Source: Nitrospirota bacterium
Lineage (GTDB): Bacteria; Nitrospirota; Thermodesulfovibrionia; Thermodesulfovibrionales; UBA1546
Length of the DNA: 64,000 nt
Direction of reading: 5' to 3'
NCBI GenBank assembly: GCA_009773185.1
Contig: WPIF01000008.1
Coordinates: 77,597 to 141,596, forward strand
The position numbers and the translations under genes are program-made. Positions within the stretch are counted from its first letter, which is position 1; every line of letters starts with the position of its first letter. This document shows, in pieces, positions 9,012-19,664 of the stretch. Below the pieces are notes generated by a model. That model made no database searches. It saw only the letters and a list, made by a program, of their open reading frames with translations, and was not told where the DNA came from.

Positions 9012-11141
9012 ATGCCCTTGAGAATTATTGCAGCTATTCTGGTTGTTTTCCTGCTTGGCTCATGTGCGCCAAGGCAGGCAACAAAAGAGGAGGCGAAAGA
9101 GACAGGCCTGGCCCTGTTGCCTTCTGAAGATATTAAATTGCCCGAACTTCCGGAGAAACCCCCGGAGGCTAAAGAGACAAAAAAAGTTGAAGGCATCAGG
9201 GTTGAGAAAGAGGCAGAGGAAAAATATGTAATATTGAATTTTGACGGGGCTGATATAGAGACCGTTATATCCACTATCGGAGAGCTTCTTAATATTAACT
9301 ACATAATCGGAGCAGGAGTTTCAGGGAAGGTCACTATCCAGTCTTACAGGAAATTTCCTGTTAAAGACCTTTTCCAGATATTCCAGACCATCCTTGAGGT
9401 GAACGGGCTTACTGCAGTCAAGGACGGAACGCTTTACAGGATTGTGCCCATAGATACGGCAAAACAGCAGCCTGTGTCTGTTCAGATAGGCAAGGATGTT
9501 AAGTTGCAGCTTGATTCGAGCTTTATAACGCAGATAATACCATTGGAATATGTTAAGGCAAATGATATCGTTAACGTCCTCAGGAACCTGATGCCCCGCG
9601 GCACTGACCTTACTGTATATGAGCCGACCAATCTTCTGATAGTTACCGCCCCTCCTGCGGGAATTGTCAAATTCATGAAAGTGCTCGAGGCCCTTGACAT
9701 ATCATCTGTGGACCGCGAGTCCATAAGGACCTTTGTTTATTATGTTGAGAACGGAGAGGCCAAGAAGCTTGCAGAGATATTGAAAAACCTGTATGCAGAA
9801 AAGAAAGACAGGTCAGCTTCTCCAAGGCTGACTTCTCCGCTTCCGGGCCTGCCCAAAGGCACTGTAACTACTGCTGCGGCAGAAGGACTGCCCGGGGAGG
9901 TTGAAGGCGAGATAACCATTACTGCTTATGAAGATATAAACGGCATTGTTATCAAAACTAATTCCAGGAGTTATCTTGCCATACTTGAGGTTCTGAAAAA
10001 ACTTGACGTTCCCGTAAAACAGGTTTTGATAGAGGTGCTGATAGCAGAGGTAACCTTAACTGATAATACAAATCTGGGACTTGAATGGATGTTGAAGACG
10101 GGCCTTCATGCCGAGGGACAGAAACTTACAACGTTAGGCGGATATGAGACGGGTCTTACTGATGCTGTTTTCCCTGGCAGTGTTACCGGCGGCAACACAA
10201 GCATTGGAACCGCGATTTCGACAGTTCCTACCGGCAACCCTTTTGCCTCTGTCATCAAGACCGAAAAGTTCGGGGCCATACTGACGGCATTTGCAGGAAT
10301 TGGAAAACTTAATGTCCTTGCAAGCCCGCACATACTTGCGATGGATAATAAAGAAGCGAATATACAGATAGGCGATGAGGTGCCTATAGCCACGGGGCTG
10401 AACCAGCAACCCTCTACCAGCACTGGCTCGACTACTCTTGTTTCATCAGGACAGATTCAGTATAAAACAGTGGGAACCCTTTTGACTGTGAAGCCTCACA
10501 TAACAGAAAAAAATCGTGTTACTCTCGAAATAACCCAGGAGGTAAGCCAGCTTGGCGCTGAAGTACAGGTTGCGGGACAGAAGTTTCAGGGGTTTAACAC
10601 AAGAAAAGCAAAAACCAGTGCTGTTGTTCAAAGCGGGCACACGCTTGTTCTGGGCGGCTTAATAAGGGAATCAAATAGTTATGGGAGGTCAGGAATCCCA
10701 TGGCTCAGCAAGATACCAGTAATTGGCTATTTGTTTGGAACAACAAGCGACGCATACAGCAAGACAGAGCTGCTGGTAATGGTGACGCCTCATGTTATAA
10801 ACAATCAGGAGGAGGCAGATGCTGTTACCAGGGAATTTCAGGATAAGGTAAAGACAATCAAAGAGAGGCTTGAAAAAAATAAACCTGAGGATGAGGCATC
10901 AAGCGCTAAACCTGAGGCGTCAAACATAAAAAATATCGTAACAGTTGCAGTTGAAAAGGACACGCCTTTGATAGAGCTTATCGAGGCACATGGCTATGCC
11001 CTGAGGGATGAAGATTTGAATGTTTTTTTAAGCGAGTTTATTGCTTTGAATGAAGACATAAAGAGCATTAAGATGATTCCGAAGGGCAGCACAGTCAAGC
11101 TGCCTTTAACGCATCTTAAAAAAACAAAAAATAAAAGCTGA
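9012..11141 (+). CDS. gspD: Type II secretion secretin GspD (lipoprotein signal, LysM-like C-terminal tail)
   Basis: LLGSC lipobox, LNFDGADI N0 domain, QVLIEVLIAEV, GIPWLSKIPVIGYLF, ELLVMVTPHVI. Confidence 0.93.
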   Translation: MPLRIIAAILVVFLLGSCAPRQATKEEAKETGLALLPSEDIKLPELPEKPPEAKETKKVEGIRVEKEAEEKYVILNFDGADIETVISTIGELLNINYIIGAGVSGKVTIQSYRKFPVKDLFQIFQTILEVNGLTAVKDGTLYRIVPIDTAKQQPVSVQIGKDVKLQLDSSFITQIIPLEYVKANDIVNVLRNLMPRGTDLTVYEPTNLLIVTAPPAGIVKFMKVLEALDISSVDRESIRTFVYYVENGEAKKLAEILKNLYAEKKDRSASPRLTSPLPGLPKGTVTTAAAEGLPGEVEGEITITAYEDINGIVIKTNSRSYLAILEVLKKLDVPVKQVLIEVLIAEVTLTDNTNLGLEWMLKTGLHAEGQKLTTLGGYETGLTDAVFPGSVTGGNTSIGTAISTVPTGNPFASVIKTEKFGAILTAFAGIGKLNVLASPHILAMDNKEANIQIGDEVPIATGLNQQPSTSTGSTTLVSSGQIQYKTVGTLLTVKPHITEKNRVTLEITQEVSQLGAEVQVAGQKFQGFNTRKAKTSAVVQSGHTLVLGGLIRESNSYGRSGIPWLSKIPVIGYLFGTTSDAYSKTELLVMVTPHVINNQEEADAVTREFQDKVKTIKERLEKNKPEDEASSAKPEASNIKNIVTVAVEKDTPLIELIEAHGYALRDEDLNVFLSEFIALNEDIKSIKMIPKGSTVKLPLTHLKKTKNKS

Positions 11142-11176
11142 AATTTACGACTCTATAGAGAAGGGAGGTGAATAAC

Positions 11177-11569
11177 ATGAGTATGCCATTGATGAGACAT
11201 ATATCATGGTATTTGATCATTGCAATGTTCATAATCGGAATTACGCCGAAGGCTGATGCAGGCCTTGCGCCGTCAGCGATGATTGCCATGTCGCAGGCAG
11301 ACAGGCCTGCTGACCTTGAAAAGATTCAGAAAGTCATTGAGCTGAAGATGGTCAGCGAAAGGCTTGAGAAATTCGGCCTTACTCAGGATGAGATACAGGC
11401 CAGGCTGGGCAATCTCAGCGACCAGCAGATACACAAATTAGCCCTTCAGATAGATGACATAAAGGTCGGAGGCGATGCGCTGGGAGTGATAATCGCATTA
11501 CTCGTAATAGCTATACTCGTTGTCGTGCTGCTTCAACTTACCGGCCAGAGAGTTATAGTAACAAAATGA
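11177..11569 (+). CDS. PA2779-family protein
   Basis: Signal peptide, LEKFGLTQDEIQARLGNLSDQQIHKLA, then GG followed by a hydrophobic tail. Adjacent to a C39 peptidase. Confidence 0.75.
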   Translation: MSMPLMRHISWYLIIAMFIIGITPKADAGLAPSAMIAMSQADRPADLEKIQKVIELKMVSERLEKFGLTQDEIQARLGNLSDQQIHKLALQIDDIKVGGDALGVIIALLVIAILVVVLLQLTGQRVIVTK

Positions 11570-12195
11570 TAAGAAGTTATAAGTGGGAAGTAGGAAGTGG
11601 GAAATTAAAATTTCACTTCTTGCTTCTCACTGTATACTTTTTAGTTTCCTGTGCTGCCATCAATACCGTTCCTGAATCCGCGCAGAATCGCATAATCCCT
11701 GAAGTTCCTTTTTTTGCACAGGAGGCATATCAATGCGGCCCTGCATCCCTCGCCGGGGTAATGAACTACTGGAATGCCGGCATAACCCCTGATGAAATTG
11801 CAAAGGAGATATACAGTAAGCCTGCCGGAGGCACCCTTGACCTTGATATGATTATTTTTCCCCAAAGGAAAGGGATGCTTGCAGAGCAGTACTCAGGAGG
11901 AATGGACGACCTAAGGAAAAATATAGATACAGGCTATCCGCTTGTAGTGCTGGTTGATTACGGTTTTTGGGTCTTGCAGTCAAATCATTTTATGGTTATT
12001 ATCGGATATAATGAACGCGGCGTCATAGCAAATTCAGGAAAAGAAAAGGCCGTGTTTATTGCAGAAAAAGATTTTTTAAAAACATGGGAAAGGACAAAAT
12101 TCTGGACGCTTTTAATAAAACAGAAGCCAGAAAACAGAAGTCAGTCGGAGCGACCCTCGGCGGAGACCCGCATCGGGAAGTCAGAAGAAAAATGA
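11566..12195 (+). CDS. PA2778-like C39 cysteine peptidase lipoprotein
   Basis: VPFFAQEAYQCGPASLA (catalytic Cys), HFMVIIGY (His), NSG. Confidence 0.85.
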   Translation: MIRSYKWEVGSGKLKFHFLLLTVYFLVSCAAINTVPESAQNRIIPEVPFFAQEAYQCGPASLAGVMNYWNAGITPDEIAKEIYSKPAGGTLDLDMIIFPQRKGMLAEQYSGGMDDLRKNIDTGYPLVVLVDYGFWVLQSNHFMVIIGYNERGVIANSGKEKAVFIAEKDFLKTWERTKFWTLLIKQKPENRSQSERPSAETRIGKSEEK

Positions 12196-12653
12196 AAAAT
12201 TTGTATTATGTATTCTGCATTCTGTATTCTGTATTCTTGGCTTCTTGTTCTTTGCCCCGTATTATCATCCTCGAAGACCCCCTGACTCCCGAGGAACATA
12301 TAAACCTTGGAGTTGCTTACGAGAAAAAAGGAGAGCTTGACAATGCCCTGAAGGAATATAAAGAGGCGTCAGGGAAACTTCCTTCTGCATATCTCTACAT
12401 CGGCAATATATATTTTCAGAAGAACGAGTTTAATGAGGCTGAAAGATATTACAGGAAAGCGATAAAAAAAGATTCCAAAAACGCAGACGCGTATAATAAC
12501 CTTGCGTGGCTTTATTACACAAAAAAAGAAAATCTTGATGAGGCTGAGTCTCTGGCATTAAAGGCTATTGAGCTTAATCCCTTGAAAAAAGAGACATATC
12601 AGGATACGCTTGAGAAGACAAGAGTGCTTAAGGGCCAGAAGGCTAAGGATTAA
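12192..12653 (+). CDS. TPR lipoprotein
   Basis: FLASC lipobox, TPR repeats (HINLGVAYE, AYNNLAWLY). ATG 12192 overlaps the upstream stop. Confidence 0.85.
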   Translation: MKNLYYVFCILYSVFLASCSLPRIIILEDPLTPEEHINLGVAYEKKGELDNALKEYKEASGKLPSAYLYIGNIYFQKNEFNEAERYYRKAIKKDSKNADAYNNLAWLYYTKKENLDEAESLALKAIELNPLKKETYQDTLEKTRVLKGQKAKD

Positions 12654-12658
12654 TTATT

Positions 12659-13066
12659 ATGCAGGATGAATTTTATATTCCCAAAGATATTTTTGACGAG
12701 ATGATTTCGCATTGCAAAGAGGCATGCCCCAATGAGGCATGCGGCATACTTGCAGGGAAAGAAAACAAAGCCTCAAAGATTTACAAAATGGCCAACATCG
12801 AAAAATCTCCCGTAAGTTATTTTATGGACTCGAAAGAGCAGTTTAAGGCCATGAAAGACATCAGGGAAAACAATCTGAAGATGCTTGCAATCTTCCATTC
12901 CCATCCATCCTCGCAGGCTTATCCGTCTGCAAAAGATTTAAACCTTGCATTCTATGAGGACTCCATCTACATTATAGTGAGTCTGATGGAAAAAGAACCG
13001 GCAGCGAAAGGGTTTTTAATAAAGGGAGGGAAGATAAAAGAAGTCGCTATAGCTGTGAAAGAATAA
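12659..13066 (+). CDS. Mov34/MPN+ (JAMM) metalloprotease, Mec/CysO-peptidase-like
   Basis: PNEACGIL, FHSHP...PSAKD JAMM motif. Confidence 0.9.
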   Translation: MQDEFYIPKDIFDEMISHCKEACPNEACGILAGKENKASKIYKMANIEKSPVSYFMDSKEQFKAMKDIRENNLKMLAIFHSHPSSQAYPSAKDLNLAFYEDSIYIIVSLMEKEPAAKGFLIKGGKIKEVAIAVKE

Positions 13067-13153
13067 AGCCGGCCTGACAAAATTCCTATTTTAATTTTCA
13101 TCCAGTTTAGAGTAAAATATTACTCATTTTTCAATTGCAAGAAGGAGGTGTTT

Positions 13154-14392
13154 ATGGGATATGTAAACGGTCTTAAGTGCAGAGAATGCGGCAGGGAATA
13201 TCCTGTTGATCCAATATATGTCTGTGAATTCTGCTTCGGGCCACTGGAAGTTGTTTATGATTATAAGAAAATAAAGAAAGTGCTGACCAGAAAGAGTATT
13301 AAGGCAAGGGAAGAGAACCTCTGGCGCTATAAAGAACTTCTGCCTATTGACGGAGAACCGCAGGTAGGCCTTGAATCAGGTTTTACGCCTTTGATAAAGG
13401 CAGACAACCTTGCAAGGGAACTCGGGGTAAAAGAATTATACATAAAGGACGATACTGTTGCCCATCCGACCCTCTCATTCAAGGACAGGGTTGTTGCAGT
13501 TGCTCTTACAAAGGCAAAGGAATTCGGGTTTGATACAGTTGCATGCGCCTCTACCGGAAACCTTGCCCATTCTGTTTCTGCTCACGGAGCAAAGGCAGGC
13601 TTCAAGAGATTTGTCTTTATACCTGCAACGCTTGAGGCAAGCAAGATAGTCGCGTCATTGGTTTATGAACCTAACCTGGTTGCTGTTGACGGCAATTATG
13701 ATGAGGTAAACAGGCTTTGCAGCGAGATAGCAAATAAGTATAAATGGGCCTTTGTGAACATAAACATAAGGCCGTTCTATGCAGAAGGCTCAAAGACGCA
13801 GGGCTTTGAGATTATCGAGCAGTTAGGCTGGAAGGCCCCTGACAATGTGGTCGTGCCCTGTGCAAGCGGCTCATTGCTGACAAAGGTGTGGAAGTCGTTT
13901 AAGGAATTTAAAACCATAGGCATAATAAAGGAATTAAATACAAAGGTCTTTGCTGCCCAGGCTACGGGATGTTCTCCAATAGCAGCTGCAATAAAGACAG
14001 GCACTGATGTGATAAGGCCTGTAAAGCCGAATACCGTTGCCAAGTCTCTTGCAATCGGTAATCCGGCAGACGGGTTTTATGCCATTCAGGTTGTGAAGGA
14101 AACAGGCGGATATGCCGAGGATGTCTCTGACGAAGAGATTATCGAGGGAATAAAAATGCTTGCCAGGACAGAGGGCATATTTGCAGAGACTGCAGGAGGT
14201 GTTACGCTTGCATGTACAAAAAAGCTTATTGAGTCCGGCAAGATTAACAACGATGAGACTACTGTGATGTGTATAACAGGAAACGGGCTTAAGACGCAGG
14301 AGGCATTGAGCGGGCATACAGCGTCGCCGCATTTTATAAAACCAAATCTGGCATCTTTTGAAGAAGTGCTGAAAAAAATAGGAGGTAAATAA
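13154..14392 (+). CDS. Threonine synthase-like PLP enzyme (sulfur-carrier associated)
   Basis: N-terminal CxxC..CxxC, PTLSFKDR (PLP Lys), CASTGN, ITGNGLK. Coupled to a MoaD-family gene. Confidence 0.88.
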   Translation: MGYVNGLKCRECGREYPVDPIYVCEFCFGPLEVVYDYKKIKKVLTRKSIKAREENLWRYKELLPIDGEPQVGLESGFTPLIKADNLARELGVKELYIKDDTVAHPTLSFKDRVVAVALTKAKEFGFDTVACASTGNLAHSVSAHGAKAGFKRFVFIPATLEASKIVASLVYEPNLVAVDGNYDEVNRLCSEIANKYKWAFVNINIRPFYAEGSKTQGFEIIEQLGWKAPDNVVVPCASGSLLTKVWKSFKEFKTIGIIKELNTKVFAAQATGCSPIAAAIKTGTDVIRPVKPNTVAKSLAIGNPADGFYAIQVVKETGGYAEDVSDEEIIEGIKMLARTEGIFAETAGGVTLACTKKLIESGKINNDETTVMCITGNGLKTQEALSGHTASPHFIKPNLASFEEVLKKIGGK

Positions 14393-14676
14393 TGGCAGTA
14401 AAAGTCAGAATTCCGACACCGCTTCAGAGGTTAACGCAGGGCAAGGAAGAGGTGGATGGCGTGTCAGGCACAATAATGAATCTTGTTGCCGACCTTGACA
14501 AGAGATTTCCCGGCATAGCCGAGAGAATATCAGACGGGGGCAAGATAAGGAGATTCGTTAATATCTATGTTAATGAAGAGGACATAAGGTTTCTGAAGGC
14601 AGAGGACACAACAGTTAAGGACGGAGATGAAGTTTCCATCGTCCCTGCTATTGCAGGAGGAGAGAAAGCGTTATAG
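14392..14676 (+). CDS. MoaD/ThiS/CysO-family ubiquitin-like sulfur carrier
   Basis: VRIPTPL...FVNIYVNEEDIR...VSIVPAIAGG followed by an EKAL extension. Confidence 0.92.
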   Translation: MAVKVRIPTPLQRLTQGKEEVDGVSGTIMNLVADLDKRFPGIAERISDGGKIRRFVNIYVNEEDIRFLKAEDTTVKDGDEVSIVPAIAGGEKAL

Positions 14677-14715
14677 CGTTATAGACGCAATAACGTATTT
14701 TATGAAGGAGGACTT

Positions 14716-14952
14716 ATGAAGAAGCGCATAAAATTGACCTTTCCACAGCGTCTTATCAAAGAGCCTGTTATATTTACAATGGCCAGGGAACACAATGTGA
14801 TGCCTAATATCAGGCGGGCCAGGGTTACAGAGACAGTCGGAGAGATGGTTCTTGAGCTTGAGGGGACAGAAGAAAATCTTGAAAAAGGCATAAAATTCCT
14901 GAGAGAGCAGGGTGTAGATGTGGAACTTGTGGAAGGAGACATCATAGAGTAA
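14716..14952 (+). CDS. NIL domain protein
   Basis: LTFP..LIKEPVI...PNIRRARV...GEMVLELEG. Confidence 0.85.
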   Translation: MKKRIKLTFPQRLIKEPVIFTMAREHNVMPNIRRARVTETVGEMVLELEGTEENLEKGIKFLREQGVDVELVEGDIIE

Positions 14953-15038
14953 AGTGTTATTGAGTTATGGCGTTTTGAGTTTATAAAAGAATATTTTGCG
15001 CTATAACACTGAATACCCAACACTATAACAGAGGATTT

Positions 15039-16127
15039 ATGACGATTGAAATTGATAAAAGTTCAAAAAAAATATGGAAGGGAATAATAGAAGAATACAG
15101 GGAGTTTCTTCCGGTTGGAAATGAAACTCCGGTTGTAACACTGAATGAGGGGAATACTCCACTTATAAAGGCAGTGAACCTGAAAAAACATGGCCTTGAC
15201 CTTGAGATTTATTTCAAGTTCGAGGGCGCCAACCCGACAGGCTCATTCAAAGACAGGGGCATGACGCTTGCCTTATCAAAGGCTGTTGAGGCCGGGTCAA
15301 AGGCAGTAATATGTGCATCAACCGGAAATACATCTGCCTCTGCCGCAGCTTATGCAGCAAGGGCCAATATAAAGGCAATAGTTCTTATTCCGCAGGGAAA
15401 GATTGCCCTTGGCAAACTGGCCCAGGCTCTGGTGCACGGAGCATATGTGCTTCAGGTAGAGGGCAATTTTGACGAAGCGCTTAACATAGTCAAAATACTT
15501 GTTGAAAAACATCCGATAACGCTTGTTAACTCAATTAATCCTTTCAGGCTGGAAGGCCAGAAATCAGCTGCCTTTGAGGTATGTGACCAGCTTGGCTTTA
15601 CACCGAAATATCATGCGCTGCCAGTTGGCAATGCAGGTAATGTTACTGCTTACTGGAAGGGCTACAAGGAATATCACAAAAAAGGCAGGTCTGCATCTCT
15701 GCCTGTTATGCTGGGTTTTCAGGCAGCAGGCGCTGCGCCGATTGTTCTGGGCCATAGGGTAGAAAAGCCTGAGACAATAGCCACTGCAATAAGAATCGGC
15801 AACCCTGCAAGCTGGAAAGGCGCATTAGCTGCAAGGGATGAATCAGGCGGAAGGATAGAGGCTGTAACAGACGAGGAGATACTGAAGGCCTACAGCCTTA
15901 TTGCATCAACAGAAGGGATATTCTGTGAACCCGCATCTGCCGCGTCTCTGGCAGGTGTGATAAAGTTAAATAAAGAGGGTTATTTCAATGCAGGAGACAC
16001 TGTAGTTTGCACCTTGACAGGCCACGGGCTTAAGGACCCTGATACAGTGTTCAGGGCTTCAAAAGAACCAATAAAGGTTAAAGCGGATACAGGCGAAGTA
16101 GAGAAGGCATTGGAAGGGATTATCTAA
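15039..16127 (+). CDS. thrC: Threonine synthase
   Basis: [43 protein letters not shown]. Confidence 0.93.
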   Translation: MTIEIDKSSKKIWKGIIEEYREFLPVGNETPVVTLNEGNTPLIKAVNLKKHGLDLEIYFKFEGANPTGSFKDRGMTLALSKAVEAGSKAVICASTGNTSASAAAYAARANIKAIVLIPQGKIALGKLAQALVHGAYVLQVEGNFDEALNIVKILVEKHPITLVNSINPFRLEGQKSAAFEVCDQLGFTPKYHALPVGNAGNVTAYWKGYKEYHKKGRSASLPVMLGFQAAGAAPIVLGHRVEKPETIATAIRIGNPASWKGALAARDESGGRIEAVTDEEILKAYSLIASTEGIFCEPASAASLAGVIKLNKEGYFNAGDTVVCTLTGHGLKDPDTVFRASKEPIKVKADTGEVEKALEGII

Positions 16128-16218
16128 TCAGGATGCAGGATACAGGATACAGGATGCAGGCTTTGATCATGTATCATGAATCGTGCATCATTTATCGAGT
16201 GAAATAAAAGAAGGATTA

Positions 16219-17436
16219 TTGAAATACATAGTTATCATAGGCGACGGAATGGCTGACAGGCCAATAAAAGAACTGGGGGGGAAGACCCCTTTGCAGGCAG
16301 CATTCACGCCTAACATGGATAAGCTTGCCGGCGAGGGAATTATCGGCAGGGTCCGGACAGTGCCGGAAGGCCTTCATCCAGGCTCTGATGTTGCCAATTT
16401 GAGCATACTCGGGTATGACCCGCGGAAGTTTTATACCGGCAGGGCGCCGCTGGAAGCAGCAAGTATAGGGATTGCTCTTAAGGATAATGATGTTGCTTTC
16501 AGGTGCAACCTTGTTACTCTCAAATTCAATAAGGACAAGACACAGGCAGTTATGTATGACTACAGCGGAGGCCATATTTCAACAGAAGAGGCCGGCCTGC
16601 TTATAAAAGATATAGACAGGGACCTCAGCACTGAAAAGATAAAATTTTACAGAGGAGTGAGTTACAGGCACCTGATGGTATGGTCGGGCGGCGAGTCAGA
16701 AATAGAATGCGCTCCTCCCCATGACATATTGGGGAAAGATATAGCTGATTACCTGCCTGTCGGCGCAGGAGAAGAAACCATCAGGGAGCTGATGATAAAT
16801 TCTGTTGATATTCTTGAAAGCCACGAGGTAAACAGGGAGCGGAGAGGCAAAGGCAAGAACTCTGCAAACAGCATCTGGCTCTGGGGACAGGGCAAGAAAC
16901 CAAGATTGTCAAAGTTCAGGGAAAGATATTCCATTGACGGCGCTCTGGTTTCAGCAGTTGACCTTACAAAAGGGCTTGGCATTTATGCGGGCTTTGAAAT
17001 ACTGCAGGTTCCCGGCATTACAGGCTGGCTTGACACCAATTATGTTGGTAAGGCAGAGGCAGCATTGAAAGCGCTTGAAAAAGTTGATTTTGTTTATATA
17101 CATGTAGAGGCGCCTGATGAAGCAGGGCACTCCGGAAATTATAAGGATAAGATTAAGGCAATAGAGGATTTTGACGCTCTGGTTGTCGGCACTGTTATGA
17201 AAGGGATGGAGAAATTTAAAGAATACAGAATTTTACTTATGCCTGACCATGCAACACCGATAGAGCTAAGGACACATACTGCTGAGCCTGTGCCTTTTGT
17301 TATTTTCGACAGCAGATACAAAAAGAAGTATGAAGGCATTAGTTATGACGAATCCATTACAAAGAGAAAAAATATAGTTGTGATTGAAGAAGGGTATAAG
17401 CTTATGGATTATTTTATCAAGGGGGTTCAGAAGTAA
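16219..17436 (+). CDS. apgM: Cofactor-independent phosphoglycerate mutase family (ApgM-like; proposed homoserine kinase in this context)
   Basis: [36 protein letters not shown]. Lies between thrC and aspartate kinase. TTG start at 16219. Confidence 0.85.
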   Translation: MKYIVIIGDGMADRPIKELGGKTPLQAAFTPNMDKLAGEGIIGRVRTVPEGLHPGSDVANLSILGYDPRKFYTGRAPLEAASIGIALKDNDVAFRCNLVTLKFNKDKTQAVMYDYSGGHISTEEAGLLIKDIDRDLSTEKIKFYRGVSYRHLMVWSGGESEIECAPPHDILGKDIADYLPVGAGEETIRELMINSVDILESHEVNRERRGKGKNSANSIWLWGQGKKPRLSKFRERYSIDGALVSAVDLTKGLGIYAGFEILQVPGITGWLDTNYVGKAEAALKALEKVDFVYIHVEAPDEAGHSGNYKDKIKAIEDFDALVVGTVMKGMEKFKEYRILLMPDHATPIELRTHTAEPVPFVIFDSRYKKKYEGISYDESITKRKNIVVIEEGYKLMDYFIKGVQK

Positions 17437-18659
17437 TGCTCATAGTCCAGAAATACGGAGGCACATCTGTTGCCAATGTTGAAAGGATAAAGAATGTCGC
17501 AGCTCGTGTTGCAAGGACCGCAAAAGAAGGGCACAGGGTTGTGGTTGTTGTCTCTGCAATGTCAGGCGAGACAGACAAGCTGATAAACCTTGCGCATCAG
17601 GCATCGTTAAACCCCAATGAAAGGGAGATGGACATGCTCCTTTCTTCAGGCGAAAGAGTCACCAGCGCTCTCACAGCAATGGCTATCGAAGACCTTGGAT
17701 GCAAGGCCATGGCGCTTACAGGAAGGCAGATGGGGATAATAACGGATGATGTCCATACAAAGGCAAGGATAGCAAAAATTACAGGCGACAGGGCAAAAAA
17801 GGCCCTTGATGACGGTTATATTATCGTTGTTGCAGGTTTTCAGGGCATTACAGAAAATCAGGATGTCACAACGCTCGGCAGGGGAGGCTCTGACCTTTCA
17901 GCAGTTGCGATTGCAGCAGCCCTTAATGCAGACCTCTGCGAGATTTATACTGACGTTGACGGTGTTTATACAACTGACCCTAATATAGTTCCTGAGGCCA
18001 GGAAGCTTAAAAAGATCTCCTATGAAGAGATGCTTGAGCTTGCAAGCCTTGGCGCAAAGGTATTGCAGACAAGGTCTGTTGAATTTGCCATGAAATATAA
18101 TGTCCCGACTGTTGTGCGGTCAAGCTTTAATGATAATCCGGGAACACTTGTTGTCAAGGAGGATAAGGACATGGAAAATGTCGTTGTATCAGGAGTTGCC
18201 TATGATAAAAACCAGGTGAAGCTTACTCTTCTGTCTGTCCCTGATAAGCCGGGGATTGCAGCAAAGATATTCAATGCAATTGCAAATGCAAATGTTGTTG
18301 TTGACATGATTGTCCAGAACGTAAGCAGCGACGGCAAGGCAGCAGACATATCATTCACAGTGCCGAAGACAGACAGCAAAAAGGCGCTGAAGATTACAGA
18401 GGAAATTGCAAAGGAGCTTGGCGCAAAGAGCGTTGCCTTAAGAGACGATATTGCAAAGATATCTATTGTAGGCGTAGGCATGAGGACCCATTCAGGAGTT
18501 GCGGCAAAGATGTTCGAGACACTTTCAAGGCATGGAGTCAACATATTGATGATAAGCACATCAGAGATAAAAGTCTCGTGCGTGATTGATTCAAAATATA
18601 CAGAGCTTGCAGTCAGGGTCCTGCATGATGTATTCGGACTGGAGGAGGCAAGGGCATAA
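17436..18659 (+). CDS. lysC: Aspartate kinase
   Basis: [30 protein letters not shown], two ACT domains (ISTSEIKVS). Confidence 0.95.
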   Translation: MLIVQKYGGTSVANVERIKNVAARVARTAKEGHRVVVVVSAMSGETDKLINLAHQASLNPNEREMDMLLSSGERVTSALTAMAIEDLGCKAMALTGRQMGIITDDVHTKARIAKITGDRAKKALDDGYIIVVAGFQGITENQDVTTLGRGGSDLSAVAIAAALNADLCEIYTDVDGVYTTDPNIVPEARKLKKISYEEMLELASLGAKVLQTRSVEFAMKYNVPTVVRSSFNDNPGTLVVKEDKDMENVVVSGVAYDKNQVKLTLLSVPDKPGIAAKIFNAIANANVVVDMIVQNVSSDGKAADISFTVPKTDSKKALKITEEIAKELGAKSVALRDDIAKISIVGVGMRTHSGVAAKMFETLSRHGVNILMISTSEIKVSCVIDSKYTELAVRVLHDVFGLEEARA

Positions 18660-19567
18660 TGAGCATTCTTGACTGCATAGGCAATACCCCTTTAGCAAGG
18701 CTCGACAAGATTAATCCGAACCCCAAAGTAAAAATACTGGCCAAGCTCGAAGGAAACAATCCCGGCGGTTCCGTAAAAGACAGGATTGCTTATTATATGG
18801 TTCAGGAAGCTGAAAAATCAGGCAGGCTCAAAAATGGCGCAACCATACTTGAGGCTACTTCCGGCAATACAGGGATCGGCCTTGCAATGGTCGGCACTGC
18901 AAAGGGTTATAAAGTTAAACTCGTTATGCCTGAGTGTGTGAGCATGGAAAGAAGAAAAGTCCTTGAGGCATTCGGAGCAGAGCTTGTCTTAAGCCCGGGG
19001 AATCAGGGGACAGACGGCGCAATAAGGCTTTGCCATAAGATATATGATGAAGACAATAGCGGATATTTCATGCCGAACCAGTTTGACAACGAGGCAAACA
19101 TAAAGGCCCATTATGAGACAACAGGCAGAGAGATTTACGAGCAGACAAAAGGCGAAGTCAGTGTCTTTATTGCAGGAATGGGCACGACAGGCACCTTGAT
19201 GGGTGCAGGCAGGAGGCTCAAGGAATATAACAGCAATATAAAGATTATAGGCATCGAGCCTTACCTGGGCCACAGGATACAGGGGCTTAAGAACATGAAG
19301 GAATCCATAGTGCCGAAGATATTCAATCCCTCAGCCCTTGATGAAAAGGTGAATGTGAATGATGATGATGCCTTCAACACAACAAGGCTTCTGGCTATGG
19401 AAGAAGGGCTTTTTGTGGGCATGTCCAGCGGCGCTGCAATGTGGGCTGCGATTAAGCAGGCTAAAGAGATGAAGGAAGGGACGATTGTTGTTATTCTGCC
19501 TGACAGGGGAGACCGCTATCTGAGCACCGCCTTATTCACCTCTGTTTGCGCCAAATGCCCGCCGTAG
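18659..19567 (+). CDS. cysM: Cysteine synthase (CysM/CysK family)
   Basis: IGNTPL, KLEGNNPGGSVKDR, EATSGNTGI, GMGTTGT, DRGDRYLST. Confidence 0.88.
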   Translation: MSILDCIGNTPLARLDKINPNPKVKILAKLEGNNPGGSVKDRIAYYMVQEAEKSGRLKNGATILEATSGNTGIGLAMVGTAKGYKVKLVMPECVSMERRKVLEAFGAELVLSPGNQGTDGAIRLCHKIYDEDNSGYFMPNQFDNEANIKAHYETTGREIYEQTKGEVSVFIAGMGTTGTLMGAGRRLKEYNSNIKIIGIEPYLGHRIQGLKNMKESIVPKIFNPSALDEKVNVNDDDAFNTTRLLAMEEGLFVGMSSGAAMWAAIKQAKEMKEGTIVVILPDRGDRYLSTALFTSVCAKCPP

Positions 19568-19664
19568 AGGGATTTAGGGAATAGGGGAGAGGGCGATATA
19601 GTTTTTTCTGTAGGATAATATGGAAAATGTCCCTATGTTTTTGTTTTAACTCCTATGTTTTAAC

